From: the human T2T-CHM13v2.0 reference genome, Homo sapiens
DNA length: 64,000 nt
Reading direction: 5' to 3' (one strand)
NCBI RefSeq assembly: GCF_009914755.1
Contig: NC_060929.1
This document shows, in pieces, positions 27,472 through 42,447 of the stretch (the first letter of the stretch is position 1; each line of letters starts with the position of its first letter). The notes below the pieces were generated by a model. It was not told the origin of the DNA, searched no databases, and saw only the letters and a program-made list of their open reading frames with translations. A program made the position numbers and the translations under genes.

Positions 27472-27688
27472 CAGTGGTAAATACATAACAACCACCTTTC
27501 CAGGGTTTGTGTTGGGGGTGGGGAGTAGGGAAAATTCCTGATTTAAGTGTTTTCCGGTTTTTGTAGTGTAAATATTGCTACTACGCCCTATTTCAAGCTA
27601 TCAATGTGAGTCGCTGAATGTGAAGTTGCAGAGATATGCACCGTCAGCTCCTGTGACCTGGCACAGGCTGGCTCCAGCCAACCACCTG
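27472..27688 (-). mobile_element. MER63A-like hAT-Blackjack MITE
   Basis: 'cagtggtaaat...gtgtaaatattgc...atttcaagctatcaatgtgagtcgctgaatg...ggctggctccagccaaccacctg'. Confidence 0.7.
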
Positions 27689-28341
27689 TCTGTCAACACA
27701 GAGACTATGGCAACCTCTAGAGAGGAGTGGCAGCTCCTTCACTTTCACCTTCCTCGTCTTTAGCACATTCCTTTTTTGGCCAGCTCTAACTCAGAAGAGG
27801 GTTCTAGGAATCTTATTTCTGGTTTAACAAGTTATTTTTGGCTTCATGGAGAACAAACTGCCATTATTAGTATTTTTAATTTATTTGGTGGTTATTGCCC
27901 TCATCAGCTTTACTATTTGGACATTTTACATGTTTCCAAACATGTACCCTTTTCATCTAGGTTTCAAATTTGCTGGCATATAGTTTTCCACAGCATTTTT
28001 ATATTTTTAATACTTACTAAAATTATTTACCCACTTTAATTATAATATATACATTTTAAATTCTTTTTCTTGATATGTCTTGCCAAAAGTTTGCAGTTGT
28101 ATTAAAATACTTTTCATTTAATCATCTCTATTTTACTGATTTCTATCCTTATCTCTATTTTCCTTCTTTCATTTCCATTACATTTTTCTTGTTTTGATTT
28201 TTGCTCCTTTAACCTGTTTATAATATCCCTTTTTGTTCATTATGATGTTTCTCTCCCAAAAGTTTGTGTTACCTGATATCAATTTGTTTCCCTGACTTTA
28301 TTTAGCATTATAGTTACTTGGTATATCTGATTTATTCCTTT

Positions 28342-28841
28342 TGACAGGATTCATGACTACAACCCCAAAATACGGCACTTCTGCCTGTGTGGAAACAACA
28401 GAAGCAGGAAGATTACTCTCATTTTTCTCTGGCCTTTTTCCCTTGAAGCAGACTATAAAGAAGAATCTGACCTTCCTCTGAAGGAAACCTTCATTCCAGA
28501 CATACCCTCCCTATATCCAAAGAACATCTTTATCTTTAAAGACACAGAGATGTCAAGAAGAATCTGAACAAACAGGCTTTGCCAGATCCCCCAGTTTACT
28601 AATATTGAACCATACTCTTTTGTTCTTCAATCATACTTCTGCATGATGTCCATAAAAATACACAGTTTTCCCCATTCCTTTTGGGTATTTATTCCCGAAA
28701 GCTTCTGTGTCATGTAAAACTTACATTAAATAAATTTGTATGCTTTTCCTTGTGTGCTTTTCCCTTGTGTCTTTTGTTATGAGGGTTTTGGCCATGCTCT
28801 TAGCGATGGGTGAACAAAGAAATCTTCTTTTCTCCCTTATA
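28342..28841 (+). mobile_element. ERV1 solo LTR, MER34/MER39 family
   Basis: 'accccaaaatacggcac', 'gacacagagatgtcaagaagaatctgaacaaacaggc', 'taaataaatttgtatgcttttc'; 4-bp TSD cttt/cttt. Confidence 0.8.
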
Positions 28842-29237
28842 CTTTATTTTCTTTTTATAAGAATTCATTTACATTTATTATGAGTTTCCGTAAGTTTGGA
28901 TTTATTTCTACAACTTCATTTGACAATTAAATCTGTCATTTGTTCAAACATTATAAGGATTTGAAGACACTTCAACATATACTGCTCACTCCCAACTAAT
29001 ATATTCTTGTTATCAAATATTTTACTACTGTTTTTTTCTAACCATGCAAATTAGATGACTTCATAATCATCATCACTATATCCCAGAGTAAATTTTTATC
29101 CACATTTATCATTTCTTTTTGTTCAATATTCCTTCTTGCATTTTAGACCTTTCTTCAGCAATAGTTTCCCTACTTCTTGATGTATATTTTTTCAAATAAC
29201 TTTAATGAGTATATGTTGGTTGTAAAGTTTTTGTCTA

Positions 29238-29594
<357 letters not shown>

Positions 29595-31112
29595 CTAACA
29601 TTTTTTTTTTTCTAAAAACTTTGTGAAGATTTTATTACTCTGATTTCTGGCTTTCCTTGTTACTGGAGTGAAGTTGGCCACAGCTTTGTCTTTTCCCTTT
29701 GGCTGCTTTTAAGATTTTCTCTTTGTCTTTTTTACACTTCAGTTGTGATTACTATGTGTCTTTTTGATGTTTATTTTTATTCATGCTACAGATTGTTTAC
29801 CAAGCCAAAGTGTTACTGTCCAAAAGTAATGTTAAATGTTTAAATGTTCTTACCTAAGTATTTTTTTCCTCTATTTTTCCCCAATATTTCTGGAACTCCA
29901 ATTGAAGTGTGTTAAATATTTTTATATCTTAACTCCTTTCTTCTTTTTTTCTTATTGTGTTTCTTTTCCACTCCTGTATTGAATTCTGAGTTATTTCTTT
30001 AGATCTGTCTTTTAGTTCGTTAATCATCTCTTCAGAGGTGCCTAATTTTTTGTTTAACCCATCCAATATATATTTAATTTTATCCATCGTATTTTCTAGT
30101 TCTAAAACTTCTCTTTCTTTTCCAAATGTTGCTGACAATTTCTAATAGTCGATTCCCCACCCTTTCATGTTTTCAACTTCTTTTTTTCAATTTCTTAATC
30201 ATGTTAAATATTTTTTTCTTAATTTGTATTCTAAATCTTTTAATTCTAGTGTTTGCATCCTTCAAAGATAGACTTTCATTTAAACCTCATGTAATTATGT
30301 TGGTTTGTAACTTATTATTTCTATTTCGAGATAAGGAAAACTAAAGCTAGGAATGCTAAATAATTTACCCATGTCAAAAATTTAATAAATGTCGGGGCTA
30401 GTATTTTAACTCTGATTTGCTTGACCTCAGAAATGCTGTTGGTGTGATCATACTTGAGTCTTCCAGTCACTATCGATTGAGCAACTAGTACATGTACCAG
30501 TAGATCTCATACTAGACTCTGAGTGTGTTGAGTGTGGGAATAATGCTATATTTAATATTATATCCCATGCATTTGTTAAAAAGCATAGAAAACTGGAGAC
30601 ACTTAATATTTACAAGGTTACATGGCCAATCATTGTCATAGGATCTTGCTACTGGATCTCCTATTATTGAAGATTAAGTACATTTATAGGATCAGTTAAT
30701 ATTTGGCTCATTAACCCCAGACTGCCTCTGTAGTAGGATGTGAGGGCTAATCTTATGGACAATTACGGAATATCTTTGGTGTCTTCATTTATATTTAGTT
30801 CCATCCTACTACTTTTGGGTTGTAGTGTTTGTTGGGTCTTTCTTTACCTTTGCTTATTTGGGCTTTTGTGGTAGTTCATTCACTAATGTTGATCTCTTTT
30901 TTTTCACCAGTCCATCCTGGATGCTGCTGCTGCATTATTCTCTCTAAAGTGTAGCTTTTATTGTAAAGCTCGTTGACTCAAAAACTTTCAGTATTATCTC
31001 TCTATTGCTTATTTTACAATGTCTAAATTATTGCCATTGGCATTCATACCAGTCTTTAGCATAGTTCCAGTTTTCTATTTCAAGCTTAATTCTTCCTACT
31101 CTCTGCATAATG

Positions 31113-31360
31113 ACAACAGCTAACACTTATTTTGCACTTTCCCTGTGTGTGGCACCATCTTGGGAGCTTGGTATGTATCATGTCATTTAATATTTGCAAC
31201 AAATCTAGAGATTTGTACAATTATCCTTGTTTTGCACATGAGGACCTTAAGGCTTAGAGAACTTAATTTGCACAAGTTCACACAGCTAATAAGTGCTCAA
31301 GATGAAATTTGAATCCAGACAGTGTCACTCCAGAGCTGATGCTATAAATTACCCACTGAA
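31113..31360 (-). mobile_element. MIR SINE
   Basis: 'aacagctaacacttat...tcatttaat...cacatgaggaccttaaggcttagaga...cacacagctaataagtg'. Confidence 0.75.
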
Positions 31361-31459
31361 TTGCTTACTTATATCCTATTGCCCTATTCTAAAACCAAAA
31401 GGGATTTGTTGTGTCCCAAACTTACATTATACTTTTTTTTGCTTATATTTTATTTTTGT

Positions 31460-31480
31460 CATGACATGACATGACATGAC
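31460..31480. repeat. (CATGA)4 microsatellite
   Basis: catgacatgacatgacatgac. Confidence 0.8.
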
Positions 31481-31688
31481 AAAACCTAACACACACCCAG
31501 TTTAAATTTTATTTCTTGCAAATCTTCCCTCATTTTTCAACTCTTAAAATACTACACGTGCCTCTCCTTGTCACAGAAACATTTTTTTCAGTTATCTTTG
31601 CATGTGCCTTTCCTCCCTGGTTGTGGTTTAGGGATCAGTGTTTCCAGGATAGATGATGACTTTAGCTGACTTTCAGCAGCTAGCATGT

Positions 31689-32042
31689 TGTATTACTGCA
31701 TTTTCACACTGCTATAAAGATACTACCTGAGACTGGGTAATTTATAAAGAAAGGAGTTTAATTGACTCACAGTTCTGCATGGCTGGGGAGGCCTCAGGAA
31801 ACTTACAATCGTAGCATATGGCAAAGGGAAGCAGGCGACAGGCAGCAGGAGAGATAGAGGGTGAAGGAAAAACTGCCACTTTTAAATGATCAGATCTCAC
31901 GAGAACTCTCCCTCTATCACGAAAACAGCATAGGGGAAACAGTGCCCATGATCCAATCACCTCCCACCAGGCACTCCCTCCACATGTGGGGATTACAATT
32001 CGAGAAGAGATTTGGGTCAGGACACAGAGCCAAACCATATCA
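31689..32042 (-). mobile_element. THE1D-like MaLR solo LTR
   Basis: 'gagactgggtaatttataaagaaa...ttgactcacagttctgcatggctggggaggcctcaggaaacttacaatc...acacagagccaaaccatatca'. Confidence 0.9.
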
Positions 32043-32145
32043 CTGGGGATCTGAATGAGCAGAAAGAAGTTTGGACGCTGCTTTTGCCACTTTGTAGGTG
32101 GATCATTTTGAGAAAGCTGCTCTGAACGCTCTCCAAGTTTCTTTC

Positions 32146-32491
32146 TGTTGCAGGACTCTTCCTTAATTCAGCTAAAGATGGGGTTCTTGTCCGTCCCACG
32201 GCCACGAAAATTTAGGCTTGCAGATGGCTTAAAGGGGGAGTAAAGCAGGGTTTTATTGGGAGAAAAGGGAGAAAAGGGGGAAACAAGGACTCTGGCCCTC
32301 CATGAGAGCCATTCCCACTAGGCAGTTTGAGTCCCAGGTTCCACACAGGAAGAGGTGGGGCCAGGGCATGAACTTCCCTCGGCTCCATACAGCAAGAGGC
32401 CCTGCAAAGGGCATGAACTTCCTGAGGCTCCACCTCAGTGGGCAGGTTGGTTGGAGTTTCTCCAGGGACCTCCTCCCATTTGGCTGTCTCA
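32146..32491 (-). mobile_element. ERV1 solo LTR (MER61/MER48-like) inserted into a MIR (~32055-32570)
   Basis: tgttgcagg...ggctgtctca with 4-bp TSD tttc/tttc; the flanks rejoin into the MIR core 'tttc|ctcacctatgaaatgaag...ctacctcacagggctgt'. Confidence 0.8.
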
Positions 32492-33819
32492 TTTCCTCAC
32501 CTATGAAATGAAGAGGCTGAGCTACCTCACAGGGCTGTAATGAGAGAGCAACAAGGTAATGCAGGTAAATCTGATGGCAGGTAAGTGGTGTGTACCCAGT
32601 GTTACCTTTTGTTCTAGTCCCACTTAGTTCAAGCGCAGGCCCTTGTTTATATTGGGTATGGAGTAAACAAATTGTAAGAGTGAATGAATCTCCATTGAGT
32701 CTCTCGTTGACAAACTCCATGAGTGTGCTCTGCTACTGCAGTTTTTGCATGGGATTTTCCTGATGTTTACTCCTCCGCTCAAATAAAAACTACCAACCTT
32801 GTGGCACATTTTTAAGGCTACCTTACTTTTTCTAGGTGATAGTGGCTCTAATTGGTTCAAGAGAGAAACTAATCCTTTCTCTTAAATTAGTTGTCTAATG
32901 ATTCTTTCTCCGAGGGCAAGTAAGTCTTAATCCATTTCGATGTAGAGACTCCTATAATGAATCATTTGTGGGAGTTCTCTGTCAGGTTTAAAGGAATTTA
33001 ATTTGGATACATTGTATTGGCTTTTTCAAAGGACCCTTTAAGAGGGTTATTTTCCTCATACATATAACTAACACTATTTTCATTTTTATTCTTGTCCTCA
33101 TGAGCAAATGGCATAGAGTTTGTTGTTTGGATAACTGGAGAGTTGAGAATAGAATTCATCATTACTGAGATTACTTTCAACTTAACAGATGAAAAGTAAA
33201 AACCTCTTGCGTTTGTGAGTACCATGTAAAGTGGCTACAATCAGCAGGTCACAATGGGTCCTGCCACAACTATATATGGAATTCTCTCTTTCCACTCTGT
33301 ATCCCTGTCTGTCTTCCTTCTGAGCAAGATTTAGGAAACTTCTCTTGGAGCTGTCAGCTTTTGAGTCAAATTCAGAGTTCTACGTGATGTTTTTCTCATT
33401 CTTCCATCTCTAGTTTCACGGAGAAGATAAGAAACAGTTTTTTTGGAGTCCATATCTGGTCTCCAAAATAGTGTTTTAAAAAGGTCATTGTGATAGATAG
33501 TCTATAAAGTCTTAGTTTTATTTACATATTAATTTTCTGATACTCTATTTATTTGACTCTGTTTTAACTGTGAGAACAGCTCTTATGATGAATACCTTGA
33601 AGAAAGAACATGAAATTGTCCTTTTGGGTACTTTGTTATAGCTACAAAGTGTCTACTCTCTCTGCAAATGTAATCAAGTGAAGCAATTTTTCATACAAAG
33701 CAAAATAGAGCTGTTGGCTGTAGTCACTGTGAAGACAGGAAACAAAACAAGGCTAATCACTGGAGGAGAAGACACAGAATGAATTTTGTAAGAAATAGGC
33801 CATCTTCCTCACTAGGCAG

Positions 33820-33821
<2 letters not shown>

Positions 33822-33867
<46 letters not shown>
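33822..33867. repeat. (GT)23 microsatellite
   Basis: Uninterrupted GT run. Confidence 0.95.
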
Positions 33868-33869
<2 letters not shown>

Positions 33870-34584
33870 GTTCCCACCACTCTGGAGAATAGGAATATTG
33901 ATGACATTAACAGAGCTTATTAATGATCGTTGTAACTAACTCCATCCACCTAATTAAATCATCACCTACAATTGGTAACAGGGGAGTGTAATTTAAATGG
34001 AACTATTCTGACAAAGTAGTTTGCACTACATTCCTAAATATTTAATACTCCCTATGGCTGGATTAACTGGAATATTTAAGGAGCTATTTAGCCAGGTCTT
34101 TCAAAGGTGATGAACAGACATGTTCTATGCTTTTAAAAAAAGACAAATTAATTATAAATAAACTTCTACTTAAAATCTTCTGTCATTGGGCATAATGTAG
34201 AGTGGGAAATTATAATTAAAACCATTTTCTTTTATTTCATTGATAAGACAGATACACCCCTAAAGGATAATCTATTTATTTTAAGCAATTTATTAAGACT
34301 AGAAAGTAGAGTAAAAGCAGAGTAGAATATATACATAACGCAAGCACACACAAACACACACACACGCACACCACACTTGCATTAAAACATGCCAAAAACT
34401 GAATAAGAGACATAAATAGTGTATCATTCAGAAAGTTTGTTTACTGAGCATCTACTATGTAATAATACTACAATAGATGGTGAGGATATGGTTAACAAAA
34501 TGGAAAAATATGGTATTATATTAGGGGATGTGGATATTACACACATAATTACAAGTGCAATAAGTGCTGCAAAGAAGAAAAGGG

Positions 34585-34936
<352 letters not shown>

Positions 34937-35884
34937 TTAACACGGCATTGCTATCCATTCTAGGTCCTCACAGGAGAAAGAGTCATGTAAAATGATGCCC
35001 ACCTCTCCAACACCTGCCTCGCTTTTTCTAATCAGTCCGTTTGCTAAGTGATTGGATACAATCTTAGTAATTTTTTGTTTGTTTGTTTTTATCCCTTTAG
35101 AGAAGCTTAGATTATATTTCCTCTATGGGCTTGTGGAAAACAAAAGTATTGCTGTCTCCTGGCACTTAGACAAGAAAAGGGTATGCAGATTTGCAGCACC
35201 TGCTGTCTGCAATTCTCCTTACTTGTTATTGGGATCAGGTTTATAGTTCCTGCAGACCAGGAAGCTCCCACCTCAAATAGACCCTGGTTTCTCATTTACT
35301 GGTTATTTCCCTTCCTTCTCTGGTTGCAAGCTGGAGCAAAGGAGTTTATCAGGGCAGCTTTTAGGCTCCAGATGGCAGGGAAAGCCTGGGTGTCCTTGTA
35401 AGAAAGAGAGGAGAGAACAGAAAGTTAACATTTCCTAACACTAAAGACCGCTTGTCTTTTGTTGAGAAAATTACCTACTATGTCTCTGTATTATGAACCG
35501 GATGTTTTTCTGCTGATTCCTACCAAAGTCAAAGAAAAATAGGCTATACTGCTGTGGTCCTTCAGGATGGCTTTTGTGTATGTATGGCTAAGCATTTGAA
35601 ATAGGTCTTGTGGATTACTTCAGACAGAAAAGAAAGTGTCAGGCAGGTGAAAAGAGGGGAGCGTTTTTCTGGCAGAACAGCATGTTTAAAATTCTTGGGA
35701 AATGTCATCCTTAAAGATTGGAGAGATGTCCAAAATGGTTAGCAGGGAGAAGGAGTTGTTTGAGATGAGCCTGGGGAAATAAGAAGGATAGCTTTATTTT
35801 TTCGTTAGACTGCGTAGAGATTATGGATTTGTGGGTATCAAAAAAATATCATCCCTGTTGGATTTTTAAAAGTAAACTTGCACA

Positions 35885-36180
35885 TTTTTTTTTTTTTTTT
35901 TTAAGATGGAGTCTTGCTCTGTTGCCCAGGCAGGAGTGCAGTGGTATCTCGGCTCACTGCAACCTCTGCTGCCCGGGTTCAAGCAATTCTCCTGTCTCAA
36001 CCTCCTGAGTAGCTGGGAGTACGGGCATATGCAACCATGCCCAGTTAATTTTTGTATTTATAGTAGAGACGGGGTTTCACCATATTGGTCAGGCTGGTCT
36101 CTGACTCCTGACCTCAGGTGATTCACCAACTTCAGCGTCCAAAGTGCCGGGATTACAGGCATGAGCCACTGCACCCGGCC
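35885..36180 (-). mobile_element. AluSx-like
   Basis: Reverse Alu with polyT; TSD aacttgcacattt on both sides. Confidence 0.95.
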
Positions 36181-36189
36181 AACTTGCAC

Positions 36190-37482
36190 ATTTTAAAATA
36201 CTTTTAAATTTACAGGAAAGTTGCAAGATAGTAGAGAGTTCTGCCCCACACCCAGGTTCCCCTACTATTAACATACCACGTTAGAATGGTTCATTTTTCA
36301 CAATTAATGAACCAATATTAATACATTATTGTTAATTAACTGCATACTTTGTTTAGATTTTCTTAGTTTTTACCTGAATGTCTCTTTTTTCTGTTCCAGG
36401 ATCCCATCAGGATGGCACATTACGTTGGGTTGTCATGTCTCTTTATGCTCCCGTCCGTTCTGGCAGTCTCCTTGTTTTTGATGACTTTGAGGGTTTTGAG
36501 GAGTACTGATCAGGTATTTTATAGATTGTCCCTCAATTGGGATTTGTGTGATGTTTGTCTCATGATTGGACTAGGGTTATGAGTTTTGGGGAGGAAGAGT
36601 AGTACAGAGGTAAACTGCCATTCTCATCACACTAAATCAAGGGCACATCCTATCAATAGGACTCATCTATGTTGACATTAACTGAACATCTGGCTGAAAT
36701 TGTGTTTGTTAGATTTCTCTACTGTGAAGCTCCTCTTGTTTTGGTCCCTTTCCAAACTGTACCCTTTGGAATGAAGTCCTTATGAACAACCTACATTTAA
36801 GAAGTGGGAGTTATGATCCACTGTGAGGGCAAAGTGTCTAATGAAATTATTTGTAATTCTTTGCATAGAAAATTTGCCTCCTCTGTCCTTTTTTTTTTCA
36901 ACTTTATTTTCTTGCTCAGATTGCTTTGGCCATTGGGAGCTCTTTCAGTTGGCTTCTTTTTCCCGTTGATGTTACCATTGTGTGTGCGTTTATTTTAATT
37001 TTTTTTGTTTGTTTGTTTTTATCACTTCTTTACCTCCTGGCATTGTAGAATACTTCAGGCTCATCTTGTATCTTCCCTACCCCAGCCCTAGAATCTGTAA
37101 TTTCTAAGAGGAGCTCTGGTTTCTCTTAATGAAAAATGATGTTAGAAACAAAAATCAGGGCTTTAGATTTGCTCATTGCTATAGGGCTGTCATTGCTTCT
37201 AGGCCTTCTCAGCTGATGGATTAAGGAAATGCATGTGTGTGTAGTAGCTATGTATATACACACATCTGTAAATGTTCCTACGTGTGTCCGTCTGCATCAA
37301 CATCAAGCTAAACATGGTTAATACTGATGCCTCCAACTCAAATCCATTACCCCATGATCATTCTAGTCTCGCTTCCATGTTTGAAACCTCTCACTCCAAC
37401 AGTGAGAAACCTGGCTCCCACCATCTGCTGTCCATTTACTTAATTGTTCAATTCCAATATACATACACAGTGGTTTCAGAAT
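36190..37482 (-). mobile_element. L1MC/MD-type 3' region
   Basis: 'aatttacaggaaagttgcaagatagta...ctgttccaggatcccatcagga...cactccaacagtgagaaacctggctccca'. Confidence 0.8.
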
Positions 37483-38340
37483 CATCCCCGCTGTTCTTTC
37501 CCTCCTGTTTTCTGATCTAGAAGGCATGCATTTGACAATGGTCTGAGTTGAAGCTCCAAATGCCTGCCTCCCTTCTTTCTTTCCTTCTTTCCATCTGTCT
37601 GTCTGTCCATATATCTATCCATTCCCTTTTCCATTTATCCAGTGAATACACATTTTTAGAGCTAAGTGAGCTCATTGACTTTTAGAATAGGGTTATCACT
37701 GGTAGATTTGGGTGGATGAACTAGTACTATTTATTATAGCAGACTCTGTTAACTAAATTCTATTAACCAATATGCCATGTTAACCCATGTTTTCTATTCC
37801 CCTTGCGAAATGCACTGTTGGTTGCTTTTGGCAGGTTGAAGCCTTTCAGTGAGCCAGCTACTCTTTATCACGCTCATGTTTATCTGTTCCCACCACATGA
37901 GATTTACACAAAATGAGAGATAGTTGTATTTATTTCTAAACCTGTTTCACATTTTCTTCATTTTATTTTAGTTATGTGATTTAATTAAATATTACACAAA
38001 CTAATGAAATTAACCAGTAAGAATTCAGAACTCTGTTGAATACTTTGGAAACTCTCAAAACAGAGTAAAGATGGCTGTTGATTTGGGGTGGGAAAGATAG
38101 TTGTAAAAAATTGGAATTTTTTTTTAACCCAGAAAGGTTGTTTGCCAATAATGCTTCTCAAGTGTATTTAAGTTCTCATACAACTTTAAAAAAACAAGTG
38201 AAGGACAATTATGGTAATGTGCTAAGGAAGCCATTAATGAAGGAGGGAAAATGTGCAACTTTTATTGGTGTAGACTCACATCAAAGAAAATGCCTTGGAC
38301 TTTTACCAAAGACTCACAATTCATGTACATTTAAAAATTA

Positions 38341-38947
<607 letters not shown>

Positions 38948-38972
38948 TTAACATAAAAAACTTATCACTTTG

Positions 38973-39142
38973 AACTGGGCACAGTGGCACGTGCCTGAAG
39001 CTGAGGCAGGAGGATCACTTGAGCCCAGGCGTTCCAGTCTCTAGTGTGTCAGGATCGCGTCTATGAATTGCCACTGCACTCCAGTCTGGGCAACATAGAG
39101 AGATCTTGTTTCTAAAAAACAAAAAGCAAACAACAACAAAAA
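38973..39142 (+). mobile_element. FAM-like Alu monomer
   Basis: 'gaggatcacttgagcccagg...tatgaattgccactgcactccagtctgggcaacatag' carrying the FAM-type insert. Confidence 0.75.
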
Positions 39143-39419
39143 AGCTCTCTCACTTTGATTGATTTTTCTGTGATAAATCATTTATCCTATCTGCTATGGA
39201 GAAGTGGATCTACTGCATTTCTATTCTTGATGTGTATTATGACTTTAATAGACTTTTATAGCTTAGTTTGGAAAACTAGTCATGACTAAAAATTTGTGTT
39301 CAGAGTTCTAAACAATAGTGGTAAACATTTAAGTTAGCACCTCTGGAGCTTGTGCTGGACATCTTACACATGCCCTTCCCAATCTATTTTCTTTTTTTTT
39401 TTTTTAATTTTTTTTTTCT

Positions 39420-39860
39420 TCCTTCCAATCCACTTTCTACCTTTCTCTCCTCTCGGTGCCCAGGAAGCTGGCCTGTAGAGGTTATGTCAGTGGTGACCCC
39501 TTGCCTTCTGGCTTTTTGCTGGATTAGCCTAATGTTGTGTCCTTCTAGGAGATTGGGGAGCTGATGAAAAGTGAGGCATGAAGAATGGTTCTTCCAATTT
39601 TCTTGTTGCAAGGTCACCTATAGCTAAGTATGTCTCTCCAACAAAATCACTCTTCCTCTCAAGGCAGATTCCTTTACATGAACCTCTTTTCTTCTAGATT
39701 CTGGCAATTGCTTCCTCTGTTCATTCTTTGACCTAGTAATGGTAACTGCTCCACTGCTTTTAGATTCAGATTACTGCACTATCCCTTTTTCATCTCTACA
39801 CTCACATTCTGTGGATCAGCCATTTATGGAGAAATACTCTTCCAATTATTCTGAACACAT
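39420..39860 (-). mobile_element. LTR33-like ERVL LTR
   Basis: 'gtgcccaggaagctggcctgtagagg...cccttgccttctggctttttgctggattagcctaatg'. Confidence 0.55.
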
Positions 39861-41492
39861 TCACAATACATACACTATAGTCTGTCTGAAATATAATCTA
39901 ATGAAAGATAACTAGGTTGGAGGGTGGAGGTTGAAAGAACTAGGTTTTTTTGTCCAAATGACATCATTACTTATAGGGTGACCTCTGATAAATTTCTTAA
40001 GTTTTTTGAATCTTAGTTTCTTCCTATATGAATTCACTAGCCTACCAAATGATTGGAGAGAAGCATTCTCATACATGAGAAAGAGGATAAGCAACTATCC
40101 CCCTTCTAGTTCTACATTCAGGTAGGGAAGTAAAAGGGAACTAGGGTTTGTTGAGAACATGCCAGGCATTCTCGCATCAGACTTACAGCTACTCCATGAT
40201 ATTTGGTGTTATTCCCATTTCATCAATCATGAAACTGAGGCTAAGAGCTCCTAGGTTGGTCACACAACTAAACTGTCAGTTTCTTTATCAGACCAATTAC
40301 TGGTTCTATGCCCAATATCCAGCATGTTTAGCAGAGGTAGGTGCTTATGAACGTTTGCAGGAAGAATGGATATGGGAGGAAACAAAAGGAGGCAGGATTT
40401 GGATCCAATTCTGAATGACTCCAAAACCCATCCTAGTGTGGTTAACAAAACATAATTCCTAGTATTAAATAGATGAAACAAAACTCTTTTCAATTTTGTG
40501 GTGGACTAAATTATGATCTCTTCTTGTATGTTTACTATTATATCTATTTGACTTAGATTTAATGAGTTAATATTTATCAGGAAAACACACACTGATAGAT
40601 GGGATGGCACAAAGGTATAGATAGATATTGCTGGAGTTTATGATATCATAATCCTCCCAGGCTAGAATGCTGTTGCCTGTAAAGCACAGAGAATATTGCT
40701 GGACCTACTTAGCTATCTTGACTGATAACAACCTTAAATAATAGGCGTATTCCAATTTTCCTTAGAGACTTATCAACCTATTTTTGTTTAAGACATTTGT
40801 GTCTTTTTTGCTGAGGGCTGAGGTTGGGAAGTAGGTATGACTTTATTATATCTTATGTGAAATAATGCTTTCATTTGTCATGTATATTTAACCCATTTGT
40901 ATTTCAAAAGCATTTTTGCTTTAGCATTTTGGAATTTAAATGAATTTGTTACCTTGCACATGTCATTGATTTTATAAATTTTGGTAATGAGCCTTTACTG
41001 CCTTACAAAGCAAGTCAAATTTTGCAGGCTGTCCTCTCATGACAATCTCTTCATCTGCCTAGATGATCATGATATGGAGAAGTAAGCTGAGGATCAGATT
41101 GTTTTCTGCTGATGGCACTTCAAGTGGGTAGCCTATATGATTTGGCTGTTGTTGCTTGTGTAAACACATGGAAGTACTGTCATGTAAAAGTCTGTCATTT
41201 TCTCTTAGATATTTATGCACACGCAAGTATACATATATATGCACATATGTGTATACATGTATGTTGTGTGTGGGTATATTTCTTCCTGTTACTCAATTTT
41301 ATCTTTTATTCTTGATTCAGAGGGTACATGTACAAGTTTGCTATATGGGTATATAATTGCGTGATGCTAGGGTTTGGGATCCAAACGATCCTGTCACCCG
41401 GATAGTGAACATAGCCCCTAAAAGGTTTTCAACTCCTCCCCAGCTCCCTTCTACCCGCTTCTATCAGTCTCCAGTCTATTGATGCCATCTTT

Positions 41493-41656
<164 letters not shown>

Positions 41657-42136
41657 TGATGCCATCTTTATGTCCATGAGTACACAATGCTTAGCTCCCA
41701 CTTATAAGTGAGAACATGTGGCATTTGGTTTTCTGTTTCTGTGTTAATTCACTTAGGATAATGGCTTCCAGCTGCATCCATGTTGCAGCAAAGGATATGA
41801 TTTTGTTCTTTTATATAGTTGCATATTTCATGGTGTATATGTACATTTTCTTTATCCAATCCACCATTGATGGGCACCTAGGTTGATTCCATGTTTTTGC
41901 TATTATGAATAGTGCTGTGATGAACATATGAGTACATGTGTCTTCTTGGTATAGTGATCTATTTTCCTTTGGATATATACACAGTAATGGAATTGTTGGG
42001 TTCAATAGTAGTTTTAAGTTCTTAGCGAAATCACCAAACTGCCCTCCACCATTGCTGAACTATTTACATTCACACCAACAGTATATAAGTGTTGCCTTTT
42101 CTCAGCAACCTTGTCAGCATCTTCTGCTGTTTTTTG

Positions 42137-42447
<311 letters not shown>

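Noticed and set aside
32253-32720. 155-aa ORF, the longest in the track
   Set aside because: It crosses MIR and LTR sequence, so it is a chance open frame with no recognisable domain.
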